DNA of 63,301 nucleotides, the filler included, from an uncultured Gemmatimonadota bacterium (GTDB lineage: Bacteria; GCA-2686955): NCBI GenBank assembly GCA_964490075.1. It is 4 parts of 4 records of this genome, joined end to end, with 100 filler letters (N's around TTAATTAATTAA, not from the genome) between each part and the next. Parts side by side here need not be neighbours in the genome. Positions count along the whole stretch, not along the records: positions 18,277 to 35,461 come from CAZBBK010000087.1; positions 35,562 to 51,902 come from CAZBBK010000089.1; 2 more parts are not named here. The stretch is one strand, 5' to 3'. The position numbers and the translations under genes are program-made. Positions 28,826-38,151 of this stretch are shown one piece after another (the first letter of the stretch is position 1; each line of letters begins with the position of its first letter). Under the pieces are notes generated by a model. That model ran no database searches, was not told the DNA's origin, and was given only the letters and a program-made list of their open reading frames with translations.

Positions 28826-31428
28826 AGCCCCGTGCTCAGGGCCCCGCCGAGGCCGGGCGCGACGGGGCGCGGGAGGGCCTTGCGCCGGACGGCGGCCGGC
28901 GGCCGCGGCTCTTGAGCCTCCGCCTCGACCTGGGCTCCGACGGCGGCGGACAGGGGCGCGCCGCGATCGATCGGGCGCTGGCGCTGGCCGACTGGGCCGA
29001 GGTGATGGTGCTGGTTCCGGCGGCGGGGCGCGCGCGGGGGGGGGGGGCGCGGGGCGCCGGCGGGCGTCGAGAGACGCGGCTGCGGGCGTCGGGCCGCGAG
29101 ATCGCGCTCCTGCGCGCGCGCCCGGAGCCGGCCGCCGGGCGCGGGTCGATGGCGGCGCGGGTGGCGCTCTGGCGGGCGCTGCGGCGCCTGACGCGGCAAG
29201 GCCGGGTCGACCTGGTCGACCTGGTCGGCTGGGGACCCGAGACGGCGGCGGCGCTGCGGATGGCGCGGCGCCTGGGCCTTCCGGTGGCGGTCACGGTCCC
29301 GGAGGAAGGCGGGGGTGCGGGCGGGGGTGCGGGCTCGGCGGAAGCGCCGCGGGGCTGGGCGCGGACGCGCTGGGTGCGGGCGCTGCGCGGGGCCGATCTC
29401 GTGCTCTGCGCCGACCAGTCGGCCGCGGACGCGCTCCGGGCCGCCGGCGCGGCGCGGGCCGCCGTGGTGCCCGAAGGGGTGGCGCGGCGCTGCCGGCCGC
29501 TGGCGCGCGGACGCTGCCGGGAGGAGCTGGGCCTGGTCGCTGGGCGTCCGTTGGTGCTCTGCCCCGATCCCCTTGAGCCCGGCGCCGGTCAGGACCACTT
29601 GCTGCGCGCCCTGGCCGCCCTCCCCGGACCCGGCTGGCGCCGGCCGATGGTGGTGCTGGTCGGCGACGGGCCGAGCCGCCGCCGCCTCGCCGAGCTGGCC
29701 GCCGAGCTCGACCTCGCGGACCAGATCTGCCTCGAGGGCGAGGTGCATCCGGATCGTCTGCCCCTCTACTACGGCGCCGCCGAGCTGGTGGTGAGCCTGG
29801 CCGCGGGCGGCGCCGACGCGACCACTCTGCGCGAGGCGCACGCCTGCGGGCGGCGGGTGCTGGGCACCGAGAGCGAGCGCGCGCGGACGCTGGTCGACCG
29901 GCCGGAGCGGGGCCGGCTGGTGCCCGGCGAAGGCGGCGCGGAAGCCCTGGGCGAGGCGCTGCGCGAGATGCTCGCCGAGCCCGCGCCCGAGCCGCGCGAG
30001 CCGCTGCGGCCGGGGCTCTCCTGGGACCAGGTCGCCGCCGAGCTGCGCGAGCTCATGCGCCCCCTGCTTCCGCCCGCGCGCCGGCCGGGTCCGCCCGCCG
30101 CCGCCGCGCGCGATCCGGAGCGGGACGGGGAGCACCACGCGGAGCGGGACGCGGCCGGGCTCGCCCGGGGCGCTCGCGTCGCCGGGGGCTGGCTGCCCCT
30201 CTCAGGACGCCGCGTCGTTCACCACCACCGCACCCAGGGCAGCGGCGTGGAGGGCGTGCACATCCGCGGCGTGATCGACGCGCTGCGGCGGCTCGGCGCG
30301 GAGGTCGAGGCGCTCGGCCCGCCGGGGGTGGCGGCGGCTCCGGAGGTCGCGGGGGAACCGACGACTCCGCCCGCGCCCCCCTCCCGCTTCGGCCGCACCC
30401 AGCAGCGCTTCGCCTCCGCCGCGCCGCCCTGGGTCTTCGCCCTCGCCGAGCTGGCCTACAACCTGCCCGCCGCCCCGCGGCTGCGGCGCCGGCTGCGCGC
30501 CGGCACCGCGCTGCTCTACGAGCGCTACGCCCTCTTCGGCTTCGCCGGCACTCTGGCTGCCGCGGGGCGCGCACCGGTGCTGCTCGAGGTCAACGACGCC
30601 ACCGTGATCGAGCGCTCGCGGCGCGGCACCTGGCTGCCCCTGGCCCGCACGCTGGAGCGCGCCCTGCTCGCCCGCGCCGCGCGCGTCGTCGCCGTCACCG
30701 ACACGATCCGTCTGCGGCTGGTCGCCCTGGGGATCGACCCCGCCCGCATCGTGACCGTCTCCAACGCCTCCGACCCGCCGACCGCCACCGAGCAAGAGCG
30801 GGCGACGATCCGCCGCCGCTTCGCGGGCACCGCGCCGGTCCTGGCCGGAGTCAGCGGCGCCTTTCTGCCCTGGCACGGGCTCGATCTGCTGGTCGAGGCG
30901 CTCGCGGGCCCCTTGCGCCGTGGAGAGCTGGCGCTGCTCTTCATCGGCGACGGCCCGGCGCGTCCCGCGGTCGAGAGCCTGGCCCGCGAGCTCGGCGTCG
31001 CCGATGCGGTCGCCTTCACCGGCCGCCTCGCCGCCGCCCGGGTCTCCGCCCACCTCGCGGCGCTCGACATCGCGGTGCAGCCCGACGTCGCCCTCCACGC
31101 GTCGCCCATGAAGCTCTTCGAGTACCTGGCCCACGGCCTGGCGATCGTCGCGCCCGACTGCGCCTCGATCCGCTCCGTGCTGGTCCCCAACGAGGACGCC
31201 CTGCTCTTCCGGCGCGGCGACCGCGCCGCGCTGCTCGCCGCCCTGCGCGCCCTGCTCGACGACCCCAGGGCCCGGCAGCGCCTCGGCGCCAACGCCCGCG
31301 CCCGCTGGCGCCAGTCCCACACCTGGGACCACAACCTGCGCCGCGCGCTCGGCCCGCTCCCCGGGTCGCCCGGAGGCCACCGGGCGCTGCACCGCGGGAG
31401 CTGCGCCGTCCCGCTCGCTGGTCCGTGA
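28822..31428 (+). CDS. Fused tandem GT4 glycosyltransferase (first domain degenerate)
   Basis: Domain 1: VGDGP and TLREAHACG. Domain 2: HHRTQGSGVEGVHI, YERY, WHGLD and SPMKLFEY. Confidence 0.75.
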   Translation: MKPRAQGPAEAGRDGAREGLAPDGGRRPRLLSLRLDLGSDGGGQGRAAIDRALALADWAEVMVLVPAAGRARGGGARGAGGRRETRLRASGREIALLRARPEPAAGRGSMAARVALWRALRRLTRQGRVDLVDLVGWGPETAAALRMARRLGLPVAVTVPEEGGGAGGGAGSAEAPRGWARTRWVRALRGADLVLCADQSAADALRAAGAARAAVVPEGVARRCRPLARGRCREELGLVAGRPLVLCPDPLEPGAGQDHLLRALAALPGPGWRRPMVVLVGDGPSRRRLAELAAELDLADQICLEGEVHPDRLPLYYGAAELVVSLAAGGADATTLREAHACGRRVLGTESERARTLVDRPERGRLVPGEGGAEALGEALREMLAEPAPEPREPLRPGLSWDQVAAELRELMRPLLPPARRPGPPAAAARDPERDGEHHAERDAAGLARGARVAGGWLPLSGRRVVHHHRTQGSGVEGVHIRGVIDALRRLGAEVEALGPPGVAAAPEVAGEPTTPPAPPSRFGRTQQRFASAAPPWVFALAELAYNLPAAPRLRRRLRAGTALLYERYALFGFAGTLAAAGRAPVLLEVNDATVIERSRRGTWLPLARTLERALLARAARVVAVTDTIRLRLVALGIDPARIVTVSNASDPPTATEQERATIRRRFAGTAPVLAGVSGAFLPWHGLDLLVEALAGPLRRGELALLFIGDGPARPAVESLARELGVADAVAFTGRLAAARVSAHLAALDIAVQPDVALHASPMKLFEYLAHGLAIVAPDCASIRSVLVPNEDALLFRRGDRAALLAALRALLDDPRARQRLGANARARWRQSHTWDHNLRRALGPLPGSPGGHRALHRGSCAVPLAGP
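29036..29047 (+). repeat. G12 homopolymer within a glycosyltransferase CDS
   Basis: Twelve consecutive G, currently in frame (R-G-G-G-A). Confidence 0.9.
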
Positions 31429-31452
31429 TGGCGGTGAAATCGCGGGGGCCCT

Positions 31453-31640
31453 GCGCGGAGAGGTGCTGGATTTGACACTCCCCACGCGGAGAGGGGCTCG
31501 GTTTGACAAATCCATCTCAATTTGACGCCAAGACACCTCGAAACCGCCCCTTTCCGGGGATTGGAGCCGCTTTCGCCGGCAAACTGTCAAACTGAGCTCC
31601 TCTCCGTGGGGAGAGTGTCAAACTGAGCGCTCCTCCGCGC
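31453..31640. repeat. Imperfect ~56-bp inverted repeat with internal 31-bp-spaced TTTGACA boxes
   Basis: Left arm 31453-31508 matches the reverse complement of 31585-31640; TTTGAC at 31471, 31502 and 31521; TGTCAAA at 31585 and 31616. Confidence 0.85.
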
Positions 31641-31705
31641 GCGCACCTCCGTTCCGATGCCGCGGCACGCCCTCGCGAGGGCCCACGCGCGTAGAATGGG
31701 CATCG

Positions 31706-32233
31706 ATGGAATCCACACTGCAACTGCTCGCCGGCGCGCTCTCGAAGCGCGGCAGTCGCGCACTGCTGGTCGGCGGCCATGCTCTACAGGTGCACGGCGT
31801 GACCCGCCAGACCCTGGACATCGACTGCCTGGCCAGCGACCAGATCGGCGCGGTGCTGCACGAGATCCTCGTGGCCGCGGGCTACCAGGAGGCGGCCCGC
31901 AGCGACAACTTCGTGCGCTACACCCACCCCGCCGTCCAGATGGTCGACGTCGACCTTCTGCTGGTCGACGTCGCGACCTTCGACCCGATGCTGGAGCAAG
32001 GCACGACCCACGCGCTCTATGGCGAGGCACTGCGGGTGCCCTCGCTCGAGCACTTGATCGCGCTCAAGCTGCATGCGATTCGCAACGATGCACGCCGCGA
32101 GGCCAGAGATCTGGCCGACATCGTCGAGCTGCTCCGCCACAATCCCGGGTCGGTCGAATCCCCGCGCCTGAAAGAGCTCTGCCAGCGCTACGGCCCCCCC
32201 TCCATCCGCGCGCGGATCGAGCGACACCTGTGA
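31706..32233 (+). CDS. Pol-beta-superfamily nucleotidyltransferase (DUF6036/AbiEii-like)
   Basis: LVGGHAL..HG..R.T.DID, VDLL and LIALKL...R..RDLADI. Confidence 0.8.
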   Translation: MESTLQLLAGALSKRGSRALLVGGHALQVHGVTRQTLDIDCLASDQIGAVLHEILVAAGYQEAARSDNFVRYTHPAVQMVDVDLLLVDVATFDPMLEQGTTHALYGEALRVPSLEHLIALKLHAIRNDARREARDLADIVELLRHNPGSVESPRLKELCQRYGPPSIRARIERHL

Positions 32234-32433
32234 GCGATCTGCCCCCACTGCCGGTCTTCCACATTCCGGATCTGCCCGCCAAGACCATCACCGCCGCGCA
32301 GTACGAGCGCTGGATGGTCGAGAACCTGGTGCGGCTGCAGCGCGCCGGCCTGGTGAGCGAGCGCCTCGCGCGCCCGGAGCGCATCCCGGTCGGCGTGCGC
32401 TTCGTGCTGGACGTGGAGCCCGACGAGGGTTGA
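32230..32433 (+). CDS. Small hypothetical protein coupled to the nucleotidyltransferase
   Basis: GTGA overlap with the upstream stop; 67 aa ending RIPVGVRFVL; good coding bias. Confidence 0.6.
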   Translation: MSDLPPLPVFHIPDLPAKTITAAQYERWMVENLVRLQRAGLVSERLARPERIPVGVRFVLDVEPDEG

Positions 32434-32446
32434 TCGGAGCGCGCAC

Positions 32447-32947
32447 CTAGCGCCCGCGCCGACTCCGCCAGCGGCGCAGCTCCCGCTCCTCGTCGAGCGC
32501 CTTCAGGAGCGGCAGCGCGCTCGGCGCCGGCGCCAGGTTGGCCCGGCGAACCAGCTCGTTGGCGCGCCGCACCGCCTTGCGCAGCGCGGCCTCGGTCGGC
32601 GCATCGGCCAACGATTCCCTCATCCGCTGCACCTCGAGGCGCAGGCGGAGCGCTTCGGGCGCCCCCGATACCCGCTCCCGCTCGAGCTTCTTCTTGAGCC
32701 ACCAGTTCTCGTCGTAGGGAGCGTCGGCGTCGGGCAAGGGCTCTCCGGCGCCGGGGAGCCCGTCGAACTCCCCGCGTTCCTGCGCCTCGCGAATCAGCCG
32801 ATCGACCCACGACTCGTGGGAGAGGCCCGGCGGCTTCTTGGGGGGCACGATGGGCGGATCGGGCTCTTGTCCGGGCGGCATGGGCAGGATCTCCGGCGCG
32901 TGGGGTGGTGTGTCGAGGATAGGCCGTGGCTTCTGGCGTTTCGACAT
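32447..32947 (-). CDS. DUF1992 (DNAJC28 conserved domain) protein
   Basis: SWVDRLIREAQERGEFDGLPGAGEPL and WWLKKKLERE. Confidence 0.82.
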   Translation of the reverse strand: MSKRQKPRPILDTPPHAPEILPMPPGQEPDPPIVPPKKPPGLSHESWVDRLIREAQERGEFDGLPGAGEPLPDADAPYDENWWLKKKLERERVSGAPEALRLRLEVQRMRESLADAPTEAALRKAVRRANELVRRANLAPAPSALPLLKALDEERELRRWRSRRGR

Positions 32948-33190
32948 AGCGAGCCTCATCGCAGGGAGCGGCCGGTATGGGACAGAACCTGCCCATGCCC
33001 TGTACCGTCCATCGCGGCGGCCTTGTGTAGCCCCCTCCCCGCATCCACCACCGCCGTCGCTCCTCTTGCCGCATAGCCCCGCTCTCGTGTAGCTCCGTCG
33101 ACGGTCCACCGGCTCTTTGCCGCCCACGGGTTCGGCCGCGCGCAGCGGCAGGGAGCCGGCACCGAGCCCGATGCCCGGGCTTCCACCTAC

Positions 33191-33699
33191 CCCCACGCCA
33201 ACGACCTGTGGCTCACCGACGTCATGCACGGTCCGCGTCTCGAGGAGATCGGGTGTGGTGGAGCTGGCTCGAGGCGGAGTACCACCAGACCTCGCATCGC
33301 GGCATCGGCGGACAGACACCGCTGGATCGCTTCCTGGAGGACAACGCCCTGATCCGTCCCGCGCCGGACAACCTGGACGACATGATGCGCATGCAGGTGT
33401 CGCGCAAGGTCAACCGGGACCGGACGCTGAGGCTACGCAGCCGGGTCTTCGAGGCACCCGACGGATACGCCGGCGAGACGGTCGAGGTTCTCTTCGATCC
33501 CTTCGACCTGACTCGCCCCGTCCACCTCGCGCTCTTGCTCTCTGGACAGACCGCCCTGCGCAGCATCCTGCGCCGCGCGGTCCCGGAGGCGCTCAACCAG
33601 CGGGTCACCGTCCGCTACAACCTCGACGGCTTCGATCGGCAGACCACCGAGCAATACATCGAGCACGTGCGCGCCGCAACGCAGGAGAACAAACCATGA
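33191..33699 (+). mobile_element. Decayed Mu-like/DDE transposase fragments fused to an ExeA-like AAA ATPase fragment
   Basis: PHANDLWLTDVMHGP (33191-33235, different frame); YHQTSHRGIGGQTPLDRF..RKVNRD.T; then LLLSGQ..L...EALNQRVTVRYNL. Confidence 0.7.
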
Positions 33700-33902
33700 T
33701 CACCGCGATTCTCGTCCCCTCCGATGGTGACATCCTCCTCTACTCCAACAACCGCGGATCCCGAATCCGCTATCAGAAGACCCTCGACTCCTCTCCTTGT
33801 CGTTCAAGGGCCAACGAGGTCTTCTTCTTGGATTTGGTGACGGATCGGGGGGGCGCGGCGCCGCGACAGCAATCCTCTTTTCGGGGCCCGGCGACCGACT
33901 CT

Positions 33903-35326
33903 CTACCCTGGCGGCACCCCCTCGAATCGGGCCGGCGGCGCCACTTCGGGCACCGGCAACAATGATTCACCGGGCTCGGGCGGCGCATCCAGATCGCGAT
34001 AGACGTAGAGTCCGTGGCCCTGCCCAAAGACGATCATGCGCTGACCCGGAGGCGCCAGGACGTAGCCGTCCGGACCCCAGATCTGGTCTTCCCAAGACAG
34101 CCCAAAGTCGGCTCGGTAGGTATAGAGCGAGAGCCGGCTCCATTTTTCGTAGACACCCTCGCTCACATAAAGCCGACCACCTCTTACCGCCATCCCACGG
34201 GTGTGGAAGATCCCGCGGCCCAGGGTATCGAGCAGCGCCACTCCGCATTCGAGCAGCTCGAAGACCTTGAACTGCGTCCAGTAGTCGCTCACGTAGAGCT
34301 TGGTCCCGTCGATCGCGATCTTGTCGGCGCCGACAAAGTTCTCTGTGTCGTGCTCGATCAGCACCGGAGCGTCGGGGTCGGAGACGTCGTAGCGAAAGAG
34401 CTCATGGCTTCCCCTCAGGATCACCTCCCATCTGCCATGGAGCTCGGCGGTGGCCATCTCCCAGTCCGGGTCGAAGTCGGAAACCAAGGTCCTGGAGCGG
34501 ACGGTTGGGTGAAGGGGATCGGCAGTAGAGCAGATGGCCAGCTCGCTGAAATTGCTGATCGCCGCGAAGCCGCCCGGCAGCTCCGCCACGACTCTCCAAG
34601 CGCTCTCCAGGGGTTGCCACAGCGAGTCGGTCACCACCGGCGTGCGCGGATCGCTGAGATCGACACTCCACAGCCGCGGCGTGACGTAGACGACACGATC
34701 GCGTGCGATCAGCTGCCTGGGCAAAGTGCTCAAGGGCAGGATCGACAAGGGATGATGACGCCGAGGATCGGAGCGGCCGTTGATCCGCAAATGGGTGGGA
34801 TGCGGATTGGTGGGCGCCAAGACAGATGAGATCAGAAGGGTGTCGCACAAAGCGAAGCCGCAGACCTCCGCGTCGCGGCCTCGGCTCCACATCGTGTCCG
34901 GCTGCTCGGGAGTGGAGATGTCGAGACCGGTGACACCCATTTGTCCAAGACGTCGATCGGAGATCGATCGAAATGCAGGAATTCCCGCAAGTGGCCCTGA
35001 GCGTCGACCTCGGTGGGCTCCAAGATCACCGAGGCCGGCCCACCGTCCGGGCTGCGGGCGAAGTCGTAGTCCCCGCTTTCATCGGTGTTGAGCTGGATCG
35101 GCCGGGACGGATCGGTATCGGTCAATCGCCACAAGCTCACCATGCCTTGCTCGTCGACCGTCGCCCCCCACCAGTGGATGGGGAAGCTGTCCTCCGACGC
35201 CGGCGCGGCCGGGTACTTGAAATCGAAATCCTCGTTCTCCAACACGTTGATCGCGGGCACCGGCTGCTCCACGCCCCGTGCATCTCGCGCACCTGGGTAC
35301 GGCAGGATCACCAGGAAAGCGAGCAA
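33903..35326 (-). pseudogene. Secreted LVIVD-repeat (beta-propeller) protein split by a frameshift/deletion near 34900-34950
   Basis: Overlapping ORFs 34832-35326 (signal-like start) and 33903-34940 with repeats DISTPEQP, DLSDPRTP and DVSDPDAP. Confidence 0.55.
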
Positions 35327-35461
35327 GGGCCAGATCGAGCTTGCGTCGAAGCCCCACCTCTCGGGTCAGGCAACCCCAGGAGCGAAGAGCGAAGAACAGA
35401 TCCCATGTGAACGAACATCCCGCATTCCCTTCTTGAGCAACGGGTCGAATCGGGGGGGATC

Positions 35462-35561
35462 NNNNNNNNNNNNNNNNNNNNNNNNNNNNNNNNNNNNNNN
35501 NNNNNTTAATTAATTAANNNNNNNNNNNNNNNNNNNNNNNNNNNNNNNNNNNNNNNNNNNN
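35462..35561. other. Artificial contig-join linker
   Basis: N-TTAATTAATTAA-N. Confidence 0.98.
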
Positions 35562-37020
35562 CGGGGAATGGGGCACGACGGTCTACCCCTCCTACACCTA
35601 CGCGTGTCAGGCCCCGATCTACACCGGCGCCAACCCCGCGACCCACGGCATCGCGGGCAACGAGATCTTCGACCGCAACCTGGTGCAAAGGTGGGGGTTC
35701 TCGGGCGGAAGCGTGCTCGACATGGACGACGTCACGTGGGTGTACGAATGGGATTTCGCATTCGACGAGACGACCAAGGCCAATCCCTGCGGCTGGGTCA
35801 TGAGTGAGATCACCAACCCGGGCCACAAGGCCTACGGCGGATACGCCAACAGGACGATGCTGGTGGAGACTCTCTTCGACCAGGCATCCGCCCATGGATT
35901 CGACTCTCTGGTTTCGTTCCTCATGTACTCCTCCGCCAGCCACCACGACGATCCGAATATCACCTGGCTTCCGCCGACCGACTACGATATGTGTATCTAT
36001 CAGCTCGGTCAGGCATGGGAGTACGACGTCGCCTCGATGGACGCCCTCTTCGGCGCCCTCGACCAGTACACGGAGATCCCGGAGCTGATCGTCGCTTATC
36101 TTCCGGGCCACGACCACTACAATCACACCCACGATGGCGCTCAGGCCTGGTATCTCGAGACCTACGTGGACGAACAGGTCGGAAGGCTCGTCGACAAGAC
36201 CAGAGAGCTGGGGATCTACCAAAGCACCGTGTTCTTGTTCGTGACCGATCACGGTATGACCGACGTGATCTCCGACGATGAGCACTCGGTGATCATGGAG
36301 AACGAGCTCGAGTCGGCGATCGAATCGTACGGTCCGTGGTGGGGACATTTCGACGTCTATAGCTACTGGGACTGGTTCACGGGAGGCGATTTTTCGGCCT
36401 ATGTGGGTCAAGTCGGAGGAATGGCCAATATCTACCTCCGGAATCTCGACACCGACCGCTGGTCCGATTACCCGCTCTTCAGCGATGTGATGGCGGTCGC
36501 GGAGGCGATCGATACCTACTGGCCGGCGTCGGACGATTCGGAGCTGGTGAGCAGGAAGTTCGAGCTGATTCTGGTGCGCGATTCCATGGGTGGCGGAGGC
36601 TGGAGCACGCCCTACAGCGTGTACCAGGGCAGGTACGAGCCGACCGTGGAGCTCGGGCTCTACCTGGCCGAGCATCCCGAGCTCGGGTACGTCGACGCCG
36701 AGCTCCTGGTCCAGCAACAGAACGGCTTGCGTTCAGGTGACATCATTCTGCTCGGCAAGTACCCGAACGGCTACTACTGCACACACCAGAACGAGAACAC
36801 CCACGGCCACCTCTGGAACACCGACATGTACATCCCGATGATCTTCTGTGGAAAGCCGATGGAAGGGCTGCGGACGATTGTGCCGTCGGCGAACGTGACC
36901 GATGTTGCACCGACCGTGGCGGAGCTCCTGGGCTTCCCATTCGAGACCGCCGAAGGCCGTTCCCTGGTTCGGGATTTCGGGCGTTCGCGGCGGAGCGGGA
37001 TGTTCGATCGCGGGATGTGA
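35562..37020 (+). CDS. Alkaline phosphatase superfamily protein (5'-truncated)
   Basis: HDHYNH, VTDHG, HGH and DVAPTVAELLG motifs; begins at the contig edge. Confidence 0.78.
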
Positions 37021-37036
37021 CGGTCGCGCAACGTAT

Positions 37037-37990
37037 CTACCCGCGCCGCCTCGCCTTCACGGCCCGGCGGCCGAGATCGACCGCCTGGTAGGCCCCGCGC
37101 ACCAGCTGTGCGCGCCGGCAGTCGTAGCGCAGGAACGCGTGCGCGCCCAGGAAGGTCGCGAGCGCCCGGCTCCTCTCGGCCACCGGCAGCGGCGCCGCCA
37201 GGATCAGGCCCAGATGCGCCAGCGCCAGCCGCGTGATCGGAAAGAGCTCGGCCCGCGACCGGCGGTGCGGATCGAACCAACGGGCGCGCGCGACCAGGCC
37301 CGGATAGCGTTCGGTCGAGGCGTCCGGGTGGATTCGGCGGTAAAAGAGCACCTCCGGCACCTCGGCGAAACGCCCGCGCAGGATCAGCTCCGCGAGCAGC
37401 AGATGATCCGATTGGCCGAGCGGCCGAATCCCCCCGGTCTCAGCCAATATGCGGCGCCGGATCAGGCCGAAGACCACATTGCAGCGCCGTAGGTTGCGCA
37501 CCAGCAGACCGAGGCGGCGCGCGGGCGAGTCGCCGTCGATCGCCATGCGGTCGTCGTAGGGGCCGGTCTCGGCGCCCTGCTCGTCGATCAGCATGGTGCG
37601 GGGGCAGGCCAGCACGGTTCCGGCCCCGCTTCGTTCCAGCAGCTCCCGGCAGGCCTCCAGACAGCGCGGCCCCAGGAGATCGTCGCAGGCCGCCCATTTG
37701 AAGAGCTCGCCGCGCGCCTGCGAGAGCACGAAGTTGAAGTTCCAGGCCGCGCCGCGGTTCTCCTCGTGATGCGAGATCCGGATTCGGGAATCGCGCCGGG
37801 CGTAGTCGAGGCAGATCTCTCGGCTGCCGTCGCTCGATCCGTTGTCGGAGATGATCAGTTCAAAGTCGCCGCAGGTCTGCGCCAGCAGCGAGTCGAGCGC
37901 GGCGGGGAGGAAGCGCGCGCCGTTGTAGAGCGGCATGCCGATCGAGATCGGGGGCGCGGCGCCGTGCTCGGGGGGCGGTTCGGAGTGCAT
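37037..37990 (-). CDS. Glycosyltransferase family 2
   Basis: ISIGMPLYNG, IISDNGSSDGS, NRGAAWNFN and WAACDD. Confidence 0.9.
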   Translation of the reverse strand: MHSEPPPEHGAAPPISIGMPLYNGARFLPAALDSLLAQTCGDFELIISDNGSSDGSREICLDYARRDSRIRISHHEENRGAAWNFNFVLSQARGELFKWAACDDLLGPRCLEACRELLERSGAGTVLACPRTMLIDEQGAETGPYDDRMAIDGDSPARRLGLLVRNLRRCNVVFGLIRRRILAETGGIRPLGQSDHLLLAELILRGRFAEVPEVLFYRRIHPDASTERYPGLVARARWFDPHRRSRAELFPITRLALAHLGLILAAPLPVAERSRALATFLGAHAFLRYDCRRAQLVRGAYQAVDLGRRAVKARRRG

Positions 37991-38151
37991 GTCGCTGCTG
38001 TTCACCATTCCTCCGTTGCGAGGCACGAGGCGTACGTGCTAGACACCTGCCGGCCCCGGTGGCGCGCACGTCCTTCGGAGCAGCGGCCGCAACAACCGTT
38101 CCTCCGTCCACGCGCCCGCCCCGAACCATCATCCTCAACGAAAGTCGAAAT

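Noticed and set aside
31453-31640. Integron attC site or simple sigma70 promoter
   Set aside because: No RYYYAAC...GTTRRRY ends; five symmetric TTTGAC boxes are not explained by a single -35 element.
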